From NCBI RefSeq assembly GCF_009914755.1, contig NC_060929.1: a DNA stretch of 64,000 bases. One strand, given 5' to 3'. The stretch's first letter is position 1, and each line of letters opens with the position of its first letter. The notes under the pieces are model-generated. The model was given only the letters and a program-made list of their open reading frames with translations, had not been told where the DNA came from and searched no databases. The position numbers were made by a program, and so were the translations under genes. Origin of the DNA: the human T2T-CHM13v2.0 reference genome, Homo sapiens. Positions 12,076 to 25,803 of this stretch are shown here, one piece after another.

Positions 12076-15000
12076 TATATATACAAATATTTCCATTAAA
12101 AAAAACAAAAAGGATAGAAATATAGAATAGGTATTTAATTTATATTTATTCGATTGCTGTTAGTCTCAATTGCTTTCCCTGGCTCCTTAATGCTGATGGG
12201 ACTGATATCTACCTCCTCCTATGTGGCAACATGCTTAAAACAATCTTAGTTCCTGAGGCAGCCTCAAATGATGTAGAACCTGTGTCAATGGGCTTGCTGA
12301 CCCTGACTCCCTCTCAAAATACAACAAAAACAAAGAGAACAGGGACCTAAGATCAATTCATTGTGTCTGGATATAGATTAATGAAATTGCTATAGGTTTG
12401 TTTCTATATTGCTTCTTGTGTCTACTTTGCATTCAATCATTCCAAGTTCCCTCTTAATCTCCTTTTCCCCTTTGTGATGGTCAAATGAAAATATGTAGTT
12501 CTAGAATAGTTTTTACTCTGAAGACTGTCAACCCACTCTGTATGAATAGGCAATAACATTCATTTGAGGCAATTTTATTCTCTATTAAATACTTTTTATA
12601 TAAAAGAGAAATATCTCATTTTTGTTTGGATGGCTATGATTATGAATGAGAGTATATTTTAAGCAGTTTGAATGCCCTTAGAAAATTATCTCTCTGACTT
12701 TCATCCATCCAACCCTAGCCATTTCTGGGAACTTTTCCAAAGGGTTTCACTGTACTGTGCTCTTCACATTAGAGGACGTTTTGCTCCAAGTGATAATTGC
12801 TTGGCTTTCTTCAAGCTTGCATTGTCTTGATGTCCAAGCCTGTGATAGATGCATCTGAATGGCTAACTCTAGCAATTAGGGTCTCAGAGGTGCTTAAAAA
12901 AAATGAGTGGTTGATAATTTCAGGTAAAGCTTCTTTTTCTCTTCAGCTTGCAGGTGATTTTTTTTCCAACATTAAACAAATATAAATAAAGTTCCTTATT
13001 TAATTTCAAGCAGAAAGTCACTTGTTTTAATCAAATATACAGCACTACAATATAAACAGATAAATACAGAATGAATATTTGGGGACACAGTGAGTACTCT
13101 AGATGGATGTCTGAAAAGAGAATACATAATTCTTAAATAAGTGATTTACGTGGTAATTTGGAATATATACTCAAGAGGAGAAAATGGACACATCTATTAT
13201 AGAGCTATTAGTTTCTCAATATGGCCAATTTTACTTGAAAATCACTTTTTGTCTTCATTGATCTGTGCCTGTGGCTATTAATTGGATATAGAATTCTTTG
13301 AGAAACACAGATATCTAAACTGTGTGATTGTTCATAAAATTAATACATTTTTTGCAAAGATATTTTATATACTCTTCCACTATTTTATAGTTAAATTAGA
13401 TCCTTACATGAGAAAATTGGTTAAATGGCACAGCAAAGTCTTTTCATTGTTAAGTCAGGGGAATCGACAACATATGCTTTTTATGATTTGACCAGAATGT
13501 GGTTTTTTAAAGTTTTAATTCATGCTCTTTCTGCTTTGAAAACAGAATTGTAATCTGTGCTTTTGCTGAGTATATACAATTCTTGCTTACTGTAAAAATT
13601 TTAAATGCCCTAAAATGTATTCTGTTGTTTATCCTCTAGAAATAACAAGTGTTATTTTATTATTTACAATGCTCAGACTTTGGCAATTATGTGTATAACA
13701 TACACAAGACCATGCTAAATATTCTTTAGTGTTTTACATTTTTCTTTAAATAAGGGGCAATTTTAAGTGCCAACACAAATATTTCTACCTTATAATTTCA
13801 ATGGCTACTAAGTATTCCATTGAAAAATCAATCATAGGAAAACAGCATGTCATAGTTTGTTATTTTTTTCTTCTTAATGCTACATCAAAGAATGTGACCT
13901 TGTAAAATGTATGACATGTTATATTAGGTGAATTATCATATTGCCATCTACTCTTTCAAGTTATTTATGCTTTTCAGTGCCTTGTATATTTCCCCATCTT
14001 CCTTCCTCCAGGTTCAATTTGGGTTGGTGTCTTAGCAAAGAAATGTGAGCTCTCCATCTGGGAATGAGAAAATATATCTATTTTCTAGATACAGGTCATT
14101 TAGCAAGTTGAGGACTGTCTACAAACAGCATTTATGGAGTGAGAAATTCGGGCAAATGGAAAACCTAGTAACAATCATTCCAATTTGCTACTTTTCTGAA
14201 TTCACCTGCCCATTTTTTTTGTGTGATTCTTTTGGCTACTATGGCAACCTTCTCTCTCTGACTTCTTCAACTATATGTCAGTTGTTTTCTGTAGTATTTA
14301 TAACTGCAAGGGATAAAATTTCACATTTGGAGGCTTATATTTTTCAGAGGCATTTTGAGTTCAGTGTTGCTAATTTCTCTACTCTTTTACAACAGATCTC
14401 ATGATTTTTCTCCTCATGTTGAATTACAGAATTTGCACTTCCCATGTGGTCTGAATAGCTGGTAACAATTCTCCAAGAAAGGTTTTTCCTTTTGCTTACC
14501 TGTGTTCAGGGCAGTGTGGTCATCATGTGACCCCACCACATTTTTAGCTTGAACTTAAGTCGTGCAAGGAGTCTTCACTTGCTGAACTCTACACAAAACT
14601 CTATACATTAGAAAGCATTTGCATTTTTAGTGGGTGATTCTTGTTGATTGAAGAAATTGACAGATCAATCCAGAAATTATGTTTCAGAGAATTTCTTAAG
14701 CCAAAAATATTTTTCATATATTGGGCTTCATTATTGCTGTTTGGTGAATATTTTGTAATACAGTGTATTTTGACCTTTAATATATGCTGATGGATGCCTT
14801 TTATTTTATCCCCAAACTTTAAAATTGATCTACACATCGTATACAGTGTTGAGGTAGGTAGGGAAGAGGGAGAAAAGATGAAGATAAATTACATTTCTGT
14901 TTATCCTTTCCCCCTGGGAAGTCTAATGTAGGTGAAATTTTTCATACTATGATGTCTTATTTTGAGGAATTCTGCATAATCTTGATATTATGTATTAGTC

Positions 15001-15209
15001 TGAGTCATAATAAATTGCTGTTTTGTAGGTCACAGATGATCAGAAATGGTCATTTCAAATGGTTCAACATAACACAAAGGAAGAAAAGTTAAATTCTGCA
15101 AAAATGTAATAAAGAAAAATGATAAATACCAATGTTTTAATTATTATGATAGAGAACTAGAAATTAAGAGACTATTTGTTATTCATGTGGATATAATTTT
15201 TTCTCTTGT

Positions 15210-15211
<2 letters not shown>

Positions 15212-15258
<47 letters not shown>
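15212..15258. repeat. (TG)23 microsatellite
   Basis: Uninterrupted TG run. Confidence 0.97.
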
Positions 15259-15261
<3 letters not shown>

Positions 15262-15334
15262 TAGCAATTAGGTTAATACCTCTAAAGTAAAGAAATATAT
15301 TTATATAGCTAAGTAATTACTGTCAGAGTTGAAT

Positions 15335-15450
15335 ATCTATAACATTGGAAAATTCACTTAACTCTGCAGAGCTTGTTTTCCATTTTTAGTAAAATGATGA
15401 AAATAAAACTCTACTTTCCTACTGTTGATAGTAGATGATAAAAGGAAATA
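15335..15450 (+). mobile_element. MIR fragment
   Basis: MIR core-like: ttggaaaattcacttaactctgcagagcttgttttccatttttagtaaaatga. Confidence 0.55.
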
Positions 15451-15579
15451 AATCGAAGACATACATAACTCAATAGATAATTAGAATTGTGTCCTCCCTA
15501 ACAGTTTATTTAAAGAAGTAAGATAAATTTGTGAACTTTTTGTTGCTGTTACTTGGAGAAAACATTTGAAGCTGGCTAA

Positions 15580-15810
15580 GATTTATTTATCACTATTCAT
15601 GTGTCAGATTTTGCTATAGATGATTCATTTAATTTAGCCCTCACGATAACTCCATGATCATTATGATTCTGGTGCTATTAAGATTCCCCTTTTATAGATG
15701 AGTAAACTGAGTCTCAGAGTAGTAAGCAAATTTCTTAAGACTACACAGCTAGGAAGGCCCAGACTGTCGTCAAGCCTGGACGGTCTAACTCAGGAGATAG
15801 GCCCTTTAAT
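15580..15810 (-). mobile_element. MIR
   Basis: Antisense core: ccccttttatagatgagtaaactgagtctcagag...aagactacacagctag. Confidence 0.75.
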
Positions 15811-15969
15811 CCCATGTCAGACAGATGTCCTTCCTGCCTTGCAATGCTATTGCCCTCCATCCCTTATAATTTTCCTTTACAATTTTAAGTTATTTTTCTG
15901 TTCTTAACGTTTCCTTCCCTTCCCATATACCCTAATTCACGCAGAAATATTTGAATTCAGTTATCACCA

Positions 15970-16095
15970 GACCGAATGTGGGATACCGGGTTGAAGTTTT
16001 GCCTGTGTCACCACCCCAGCGCATCTGCTGAGATTGTTGCGACGGGCGGAGCTTTTGCCCACGTGACTGCTTTCCCTGTGGTCAAAAGTCAACAC
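15970..16095. promoter_or_regulatory. Candidate compact promoter/enhancer (local CpG cluster, GC box, USF-type E-box, DR1-like site)
   Basis: Seven CpGs in about 95 bp in a CpG-depleted window. GGGCGG at 16044-16049, CCACGTGAC at 16059-16067, TGGTCA-A-AAGTCA at 16079-16091. Not within a repeat I recognise. Confidence 0.4.
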
Positions 16096-19000
16096 AGAGA
16101 TTTAGACCCCAGACTAAAGAAAATGGTGGGAGAGATACAGCATATAGAAAGAATTAGAGGTTAGAAGGACTGCTTGTGATACAAGCTACTCCCCTCTATA
16201 CTTGTACAAGACAAGTAACCCTTAGGGGAAAGGTAAACTGACATTGGAATGTATGTATGTAAAGAAGAACCTTTCCATGGCTTGAAAGCTTTAGTGAAAA
16301 AACATTTCAAGAAAGACGAAGTGGCAAACTTCCAAAAATAAAATCAAACATGTTCTGTGAATTTTTCTTTCTCATTTTAGATGATTCGATAGCTGATCCA
16401 CTAAACTGATGTATAATGTATTTTTAATACTTAAAAATCATTTTTTTCACTACTTCATAATTATCAGGCTAAATATAACAGAATAATTTACTTTATTGTT
16501 AAATTTCGTATCTTGTAACTCATGGTCTTTTCCACCAGCAGCCTCGCAAGAGATTTTCATAGCTTCCTTCTGCATGTGAAGCTTATTCAGTATAACAAAA
16601 GCTACTTCTTTAAACTTGACAATCACAAAAGGGCATTGCAAGGTTGAGATCCTGGGTGTGAGAGTGTCTTTGACTTGTTATGAAAGAAGAATTAATGTCT
16701 TGGCTGAGATCGTCATTCTCAGATACTCTTACTTTTCTTGGCTTTTGAAAGTCTATAGCTGATTTGTGTTTCCAAGTGTAAGCCATCCAAAGCCATAACA
16801 AAGATCACAGGACATTGCAAGCTTAATTAGAATATTTTCTCTCTCCACTCTGGAGGCAATCTCATTTGTGCCTCACTCTTGTGATGCAATGTTTTCAGCA
16901 ACCCCCAGTGCCAACCCAGCATACACTAAGTGAGGTCACAGGATTTCATTTTACTTTTTATATAATTTTCAGCTGGAAAAATGTCTATTCCTAATCTGCA
17001 GACCCTCAAAAATGTTACCTTAAATTGCATTTTAGTTGGGTTTTTTTTTTTCCACTTGGACTCTTTGTAACCAGTGTTGGGTGCTCTTTTATTTACTGTG
17101 TAGCTTTTAGATAATAAGAACACTTTTTTATAGGCACTGCTTCCTGCATTAATTAATGTCTATACTCACTCTCTTATTGCTTTTTCTCTACTATGGTGCA
17201 CTTAATTTGTGGTGGTGAGATTGCCTAGATTCATATTAGGTGTTACATGAGTATTACCTAGTTAAGGACGTTAAACTTCCTTTCAGTTTGTCTCCAATGA
17301 TAAGGGTGTCTGTGTTAAACCTCCTTTATGTCATCACCTAAGAATATTATAAAGGTAAAATAGTTATTAATCCAACTCAGGTATTGTATATAGATACAGG
17401 CAAGGTCAACAGTCTTTTCAATAAAATGGAAAAAAAAATGATGGTGCATACACCTCTTGTGATTACATTCAAATATTTATTCAACTTTCCAAAAATAATT
17501 GGTGAGCAGCTTCTATGCCCCAGTCACCTGCCTGGGGAATCAGGATTCAATCATAGACACTAGAGATTAAAATCAGTCCCTTGACAGAGATTAGTGACAT
17601 AGGAGTTCACTGTCCTAGAAGTCAAAGAACTGTGTTAGATGTTTCCTATATACCTTCTCTAACCATAGGCAAATATTAAGTAATAATATTACTAAAATTT
17701 TGGAGGAAAACATAAAAATAAACCTGAATATTATAAAAGGTATCAAAGAGTGATATTATTTATCCAATATCATCATAATGTGACAGATGTATGCCCATTT
17801 ATATTTTAAAATAATTTATATTTGGTTAAAAATTAATTTTAATTATAAATGGATGTATGCCATTTTTAAAAACTGTAATAAAATAGAGAAATATAGTTGC
17901 TGGATAATATTTTGAAATAATATTCCATGGTTTTGCATTCTCAGTAATTAATTTTAGCTTATAAAACTTCCATTATTATGATTGGATTATGGAGTTGTAA
18001 GCTTCTTTAGGAAAATGTTGACTCCCTAAATCTTGTGTCAAATTTGTGGCAGAGCATGTACATGTCTTTCAGTTTATCTAGTTGCAATACTGCCACCTGA
18101 ATGTATTTAGTTAAAATAATTAAGTTACGTTAACTGGTATCTAGATATCAGAATTATTAACTATGACAAAATTGATACCTTGGTGGCTATAATATGAGGC
18201 TAAAGAATGGAAGGTGTAGCTTGAAATCATCTCTTGCCATCAGTGGCATCCCATGTGGTTGTTGGTGGAGGACAGAGTTTAGAGCTTATACCTGATATTT
18301 TTCAAGAGCTTCTGAGGCATCTGCTTTTGGTTGTGTGTTCTTTTGTCTGCTTCGTATCTTTTACAGTTAAATAAACTAATGTCTGGAATATATTATGTCA
18401 TATAAATTTTTTTGTGTCATATAAAAAATTTTGATAATTTCAAACCAAGGACTGAAGGATAGCAGGTCAGTGGTCATGTAACTTGTAAGTAAATTTTCCA
18501 AAACATTCACTTCATCCATATATAATAATTGTATCTAATCCAAGAAAATAAGATATTACAAAAAAATAGGAAATAAGTGTCTACAATAAGAAGAAAATAG
18601 GATATGAAAATTAAAATACAGTAGATGATAAAAATTCTCCATAAATGTAAATCACAAAGAAGAAAAAAAACTTTACCATCTCTGAAACCAAATTACATAA
18701 TTTTAAATAAGCAGTTGCAGATATGATAAAATTACTTATTCATTACTACAAAAACAAAAACAAAACCACTGGAAGCATATATGAACAAAATCAAAATAAA
18801 TAAGCAAATTAAAAGAAATGAAATGAAAAATTAAACAACCCAAGACATAAATTGGAAAAGAAGGCCAAATCATTATATTGTGCTAAATTACAAAATAACC
18901 AAAGGAGAAATAAATTTGACCAAAAATGTGATAAAGTCACTGAAAAAAAAATAAGTGGAATAAATTATCTTAAATGATATAAAATGTATCAGAAAGATAA

Positions 19001-19135
19001 TTTTCTATGTAGAAGATGAGTTCAAAAATCCATTATATTTTAAAAGAAACTTTGAAGGAAAAAAATGCTTCATCAACATTTAATACTTTAATCAAATAAT
19101 TACTTAGGGAAGCAAAAGATGTGAATCTACATTTT

Positions 19136-19444
19136 ATTTTATTTTTAATTTAAATTTTTGAGACAAGCTCTTTGTCTTGTTCTGTCGCCCAGGATGGAGT
19201 GCAGTGACTTGATCATAGCTTACTGCAGCCTTGAACTCCTGGGATCAAGGGATTCTCCTACCTCAGCTTGCCAAGTAGCTAGGACTACAAGCTTATGCCA
19301 CCACCCCCAGCTAATTTTTAAAATTTTTTGTAGAGACGGGGTCTTGCTATATTCCCAAGCTGGTCTTCAACTCGTGTTCTCAAGTGACCCTCCCATCTCA
19401 GTCTTCCAAAGTCCTATTACAGGCATGAATCACTGCACTCAGCC
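19136..19444 (-). mobile_element. AluJ
   Basis: Diverged antisense Alu with J features (ctgcagccttgaactcctggg). 13-bp TSD GAATCTACATTTT at 19123-19135 and 19446-19458. Confidence 0.9.
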
Positions 19445-20734
19445 AGAATCTACATTTTTAGAAGACTATCCAGTACCTTCAAAAATGTGTCCAGAGTTTT
19501 ACAGTCAAGACATATATTTATAAAATTATTGGATGTTAATAATAGATAGAAATAAATTATCAGGGCCCTACACAAAAAGACCACATTTTCCTCAATGGAA
19601 AGAAAATCAAGTTGGCATTACACTCTAATGAAATCAGCTCTTTCAATAAGATCAAGGGAAAATTTTGAAGAAAACTTTTATATCCTGCTAAGATGTCCTT
19701 CAAAGTTTAAGTCTATAAAATAGTTTTCAGTGTGCACAAATTAAGGGAATATGAACTCATGAAAGATGCCAAGAATTCCACTAAGAGACCTCGCTCATTC
19801 AATCAGGAGTTGATGGGAGAAATTTTCAAAGGAACTGATGGAGGGAAGTGAATATATGTAATTGCAGATATAATACTAAAACAAATGTGGGAAAATAATA
19901 TATAAAAGTGATATAACAACACAGAAACACTGCAATGTAAAAACTGAAAATGTGTAGGGTAAACAAAAAGAGAAAGTAATGTAATTCTTACTCATTGTCA
20001 CATAGTTAAGAGGTAGGAGTCAAGTAAGTCACATAAAACTGAAACCAAATTTTAGATGCATAATAAGAAAAAGGGATTGAAAGCACTATAAAACACATTA
20101 GTCCATATAGAGAAAACAACATAAAAATGCAAGCATCTGTAATGACTCAAAATAAAGCTAAATAACTAAATGAATTAATTGAAGCCTGCATGGAGAAAAA
20201 AATCACACAAACAAAATAATTTGATGGAGTGAGAACAATAAAATCATTTATGTAAATAAATGCCAACCGATTTCATTCATTTATTAAGAAACAGAGATGT
20301 TCAAATCGGCTTACAAAACACAACCCCAAAAATGCTATACACCAGAAACACCCCTAAAATGAAGGAAATCAGAAAGCTAAAAATTAGAGAATAGGTTAAA
20401 AAAAAATAAAGTGGAGTTGAGGGAGATAATAGGAAGGCAGAAATTATAATCCTCATGTCAGGAAAAAGATCAGTATTCAGAACACAAAGTATTAAATATG
20501 ACAAAGAAGAAGAGTGTTATGCTAAATATTATAATCAAAATGAAGCTATAAAATGATTGATATCTGTGCAAAAGTAGCACAGAAGCCAACTTATTTAAAG
20601 TTGTGGTTCCTGACATTATAAGAAATATTAACATGGCCTCTACATTCAAAATAAAGAAATAAGGGTATGATACAATCAACATAACTAATAATTGCTTTCT
20701 GTGATATATGTAATATATCAATTTGCTGTAAAAT

Positions 20735-21112
20735 TGATATGGTTTGGCTCTGTGTCCCCAGGGAAATCTCATCTCAAATTCTAATCCTCATAATCCCCAT
20801 GTGTGGAGGGGGTCCTGGTGGGAGGTGATTGGATCATGGGGGTGGTTTCCCCCATGCTGTTCTTGTGAAAGTGAGTGAGGTCTCACAAGATCTGATGACT
20901 TTATGAGTTTGACAGTTCCTCCTTAACACACTCGTCTCTCTCCTGTCACCATGTGAAGAAAGTCTTCACTCCCTCTTCTCCTTCTGACATGATTGTAAGT
21001 TTCCTGAAGTCTCACCAGCCATGTGGAACTGTGGGTCCATTTAACCTCTTTTCTTTATAAATTACCCAGTCTCTGATATTTCTTTATAGCAGTGTGAAAA
21101 CAGACTAACACA
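20735..21112 (+). mobile_element. THE1D-like MaLR solo LTR
   Basis: tgatatggtttggctctgtgtcccc ... agcagtgtgaaaacagactaacaca. 5-bp TSD AAAAT at 20730-20734 and 21113-21117. Confidence 0.9.
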
Positions 21113-22892
21113 AAAATTTAGCTTATATATGAAATGTATATCTTTTGGATATATTTATATTTTATATTATTCAATAAAGAATATATTCTCAAATGTAAAA
21201 CAATTACTTACAAATCAAGTAATAGTTTACATGGAAAAAAATAGTGGAATAAAATAAAGCTCTTAGAGCACAGTTAAATTATAAGTTAAGGACAAAAAAA
21301 GTTCTTCCATCTGGAAATTTTAAAATTCTCTAACAAATTTTTGGAGAATATGGACATGAAAATTAAAATTATTTTAAAAAATTAAAAACACTATGTATCC
21401 AAATTATAGGATTTATTTTAAACTATGAAAAAAGAAAAACTCATAGTCAGAAGCATGTATTTCAATAAAAATGAGAGAGTTAAATTAGTTTAAATAAATT
21501 TCTAACTTGAAAAGCTAGGAAAAGAAAAATGTGAAAGCAAACATAATACCAAAAAATAAATAAAAATTATAATATTATTTAGATAGGAATCAGAGAACAA
21601 TATAATTAATCACTAAATAAAATTTGTGTTTTATATAATTAGGAAAATTTAAACCACTAACTAACCTACCCAATAAGAAAAAAGAAAGCAAAAACAAAAT
21701 GTGAAAATGATAAGGAAATAACCATTTAAATAAAAAATTTTTTTTTAATTGAGATATTATTTTAAACATCTCTATGGAGGTAAATAGAATAAATAGATAG
21801 TTTCTTTTTAATGTGTAATAAACTGAAAGTGAGATGACTAGAAGTGGAAACAAATTTTCAAGAAAATTGTAGACTAATTCCAAACATGAATATCAACACA
21901 AAACTTCTAAATAAAATAGCAAATGAAGCAAAAAGTCAGGGTACATTGTAGATAAATAGGCTTATTTCAGAAAGGTAAGCATGTTCATTATGAAAATCAT
22001 TGATAAAGTTCTCTAAATGATTAAATCAAAGGAGAGAAGCCATTCTCCTTTTAAATGCTGAAAAGACCTTCAGTAAAATACTAACATGTAGATAAAATGC
22101 TAATACCCCCAATATATTTTTTAAAACACATAAAAACATGGAAAGATCGCAAGAACAAATAATGAATCTGACCAAAGTAAAGAAATATGGTCACTTCAGT
22201 CATAATAATTAAAATGCAGGTTGAAACTATACATAAAAATAGCATTGCTCCTTTTGTACATTGAAAAAAATTGTAAAAGCTGGATAACATAACTCTGCTG
22301 GCATTGCCGTGGAGATACCTGCCTTCTCATTCATTGCTGGTGTTAGTGCCAGATGGTATGCCTTATGAAGAGGAATTGTGTGATATCTCATCAATGTCCA
22401 TTGCCAATTTGCCCTTTGCAGTAGCAACTTCATTTCTAAGATTTAACATCAAAGTAGAAGGTGGGGAGAAATATGTTCAAATGATTATTCATTGTGACAT
22501 TATTGCTAGCTGTGAAATATTAGAAACTACATAAATGCACTGTAGTCTGATTGAATTAACTATGGTATATACATGTAATGGAATGCTATATGTCTCTTAA
22601 AAACAAAAGAGATCTATGTAGTATAGAGTGAGTTCCTGGATACACTGTCAAGGGTTAACATCGTAGATACAGTGTGCTACCTGTCCTACCTAGTTATTTG
22701 TGTTCCTCTCTCCCTGCAAAAACCACAGGAAGAATAAGCCAGAAATAGTGACGTGCAGAAGAAATCTGGCAACATGGTACATGGTGTAGGGAAAAGAAGA
22801 CAACTCCTCTGAGCATAATACTTTTGACTTTTGAAGTGTATTCCAAATCTTCAAAAAATCAAATTGAATAAACAGATAAGGAATCTTAACAC

Positions 22893-23410
22893 TGTTAAAG
22901 AGGAAAGTCGCACTGGACAAGATGAGGAGACAGAGATTGATTTTATTCTGATATTACGTCCAGCAATAGGGTAGTGGGGACAGACCAACTCGATACCAGC
23001 AAGAGCTGGAACGTTTTTAAGATCTGGGGTTGGAGGGAACCTTAAGCCAATTTTGTCTGCCAGTTGGCCTTAACCAAAGGAAAAGTAAACTTTTTATTTT
23101 CATGATAGGAGGTAGCTTTACAACTTAGAGCAAGGTGCCCCACTGCAGCTAGGCTCCTACCCTCCCACAGAGAGAGGGAGAGGGGTTACATCTTCCTTGA
23201 TGATTACCTTTCAAAAGCATGGCTCCTAGGTCTATTCTTGGGTTGTGAAAGTGGAAAGAGGCTCTTAAAAAGATTTGCATTTCAAAAGTGCAGAGAGAGG
23301 ATTTACCATGAGAAGTTTTCTAAAGTAAACGCTTTAAGATCCTGGAGGCAGGAAGAAACCTGCCTAATGTTTACTCAAGCTGAGGGGAATGGTAAGGCTT
23401 TCTTGGCGAC
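22893..23410 (-). mobile_element. ERV1-class solo LTR (MER67/MER31 group)
   Basis: End ...aagaaacctgcctaatgtttactcaagctgaggggaatggtaaggc is the reverse complement of a MER67-type 5' end. Internal gattacctttcaaaag/gatttgcatttcaaaag motifs. Confidence 0.65.
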
Positions 23411-23455
23411 TAATTAGCTCTATGTCAAATTGATTAATTGATTAAGATAAAGAAG

Positions 23456-23675
23456 GTATATTAGTCAAGGTTCTCCAGAAAGACAATACAGGCTACATAG
23501 ATACGTAGAAAGAGATTGCACGTGAGGGATTGGCTCGCATGATTACAGAGGCTGAAAAGTCTATGATCTGCCATCTGCAAGCTGAAGGCCCAGGAAAGCC
23601 AGTGGTGTAGTTTCAGATCCAGCCCAAAGATTTGGAAACCGAGAAGTTGATAAGTCCCAGTCTGAGGCTGAAGGT
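23456..23675 (-). mobile_element. MLT2 LTR fragment
   Basis: tattagtcaaggttctccaga...ggattggctcgcatgattacagaggctga...ctgccatctgcaagctg. Confidence 0.75.
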
Positions 23676-25082
23676 GATGTGAAAATCCCCATCTGTTACC
23701 TAAAGAAAATTATATTTTTCTTTCACCCTCTCACCAGAAATAGTCACCATTAGTTTTATGAGAACTTTCTTCTACTTGTTGGAATAATAAAAATAAAAGT
23801 CTTACCTATGTGCATCAAATAGATAGTGCTTGAGTAATATGGATTGCCTGTTTGTCTAAGTGTTGGGGATACTGTGGTAACAAAATAAGACAAAACCCCT
23901 GTGCTCTGTTCTAGTAGAATTGTTAATAAACCTTCAAGATTACTAGTTTAATTGAGGTCAGTTGTTAAACAGGTTTTGGCAGATGAAGGGCAGCATATAT
24001 CTAAAAATCATGGAACCCCTTAGTCCTAGACCTTTTCTTGCAAATATTGAGACTACTGTATACTGCTTTTCCTGAAGTAGAATAATAATGCGCATCTTCA
24101 TTACTTTCTCCTCCCTCCTTAAAAGGAAAAAAAAAGAAAGCTTAGAATGTTCATGTTCTGCTCCCATCAGTGGTTCCTAAAGAAAGGCTGGGGTGAGGTA
24201 GTGGCATGGAATTGGTAGGCCAAGACTTGGCTCACTGGACAATGAGTTTTCAGTTCAATACCATGTTTAACGACATTACTGCTCTGGTTACCCATGAACT
24301 TGTAATGCTGTGATTTGTTGGAGTTTTATTTATCTATGTATTTACTTATTTTACATTTAAAAATTGCATTTGATTATACTTTTATTTTAAGTTTACTGCT
24401 TTTAATTTACATGTAATTTTCTCAATGTTTGGGCCTATGTCAAAAAATAATGGAATAATAATATTAGGTTTAAATAATTCTGAATTGTCTAGTCATTAGC
24501 AAAATAAATTTAAACATAGGAGGCTTTTTGAAAATTCTATAATAAAGCTTCCGATTTCTATAAGCTGAAGTTGAAGAATCCAATTCAAATAAATACATAT
24601 TTAAATAGAGATTGTGTTGACTATTCAAGGAAAACCTTTCCCTTATATTTCTATAAATGGGCCATCTTGATCATTTCAAATAAGGCTTATTTAAGACAAC
24701 AATATAATATGAAAAGGAGAAAAATGACCAAATGCACGTAGATCACCTATTTTTTTTCTCATGGAGGAATTATGTTCTCTATTGGAATCTAGCAAGTTCT
24801 AAATGTCTGTCACTTCCAGGCAGAAATTGCCCCCTGGCTCTTAACAGCCCTTTGGAGACCTGTCAAATGAATTCAAAGGAATTTTTATATTATGTCAGTT
24901 CAAGTTCCTTTCAAATTTGTCTATTCTATTCTATTCTTTGCTGTTTCTAATTTATTTTATAGATTTTTAATGTCAATTAACTATTTTTCCTTGGGAAATA
25001 ACTTTATTTTGCCCACATTCTACTAATATATCACAATTTTAAGCTCTTGATTGATTTATATATTTTTATTAATTTCATGGGG

Positions 25083-25391
25083 TTTTTTGTTTGCTTTTGT
25101 CTTAGTTTTTGAGACAGGGTCTCACTCTGTCACCCAGGCTGGAGTACAGTGGTGAGATCACAGTTCACTGTAGCCTCAACCTCATGAGCTCTAGTGATCT
25201 TCCCATCTTAGTGTCCCAAGTAACTGGGACTACAGGTGCAAGCCACCACACCTGGCTAATTTTTGTATTGTTTGTAGAGACAGGGTTTCGTCATGTTGCC
25301 CAGGCTGGTCTCAAACTCCTGGTCTCAAGCCATCCACCGGCCTCAGGCTCTGAAAGGGCTGGGATTACAGGGGTGAGCCACCGCACCAAGC
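25083..25391 (-). mobile_element. AluJ (Jb-like)
   Basis: Antisense Alu: gagacagggtctcactctgtcacccagg...ctgtagcctcaacctc...gggattacaggggtgagccaccgcacc. Confidence 0.9.
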
Positions 25392-25519
25392 ATTAATTTC
25401 AATTTAGAAAATACTCAAGAAAATTTCTTCTGCTTCTTGAAGTATCTTCTTCACTTTCTTATCAGATGTTTGCATTTTACGTTTCTTTTAAAAATGCATG
25501 CCCATGCACTGTTCGATGA

Positions 25520-25803
25520 AGAGCATGTATTTGAGCACACCCTGCTCTGTGTGCCATGCATTGTGCTTGACTCTAGAGAACCAGTGAGGACCAAAGCTGA
25601 CCAGGTCCATTCATCATGGTGCTTACATTTTACTGGGAAGACAGACAATTTAAAAAAGATGAATGAAATACATAACGTATCAGATAGTGAAAAGATCAAA
25701 GGAGAAAAATTAAGACAGATTTAAAGTGTTGTGACTGTTGTTAAAATTTTAGAGAGTGGCCAGGAAAGGCATTACTGAGGATGTGACTTGTGAATGCGAA
25801 CCT
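25520..25803 (-). mobile_element. L2a 3' region
   Basis: tatttgagcac...tgtgccatgcattgtgc...catggtgcttacatt...tggccaggaaaggc. Confidence 0.7.

Larger units (their letters stand above)
18500..22880 (+). mobile_element. Highly decayed old L1 (L1ME/L1MC-type), interrupted by AluJ and THE1D
   Basis: Long A-rich sense tract with ORF1 end-like text (tatatcctgctaagatgtccttcaa), ORF2-like text (aaatgctgaaaagaccttcagtaaaat) and 3'UTR-like text (aactatggtatatacatgtaatggaatgctat). Confidence 0.6.

Noticed and set aside
13990-14050. Possible 33-nt exon (ttccttcctccag|14012-14044|gtgagc)
   Set aside because: Such splice-like pairs occur often by chance, and there is no linked exon chain or recognisable peptide.
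16450-16801. Minus-strand peptides with IDFQK (RT-like) and SCEAAGG..H (SWIM-like) words
   Set aside because: These are single short motif resemblances without supporting neighbouring motifs in the expected order.
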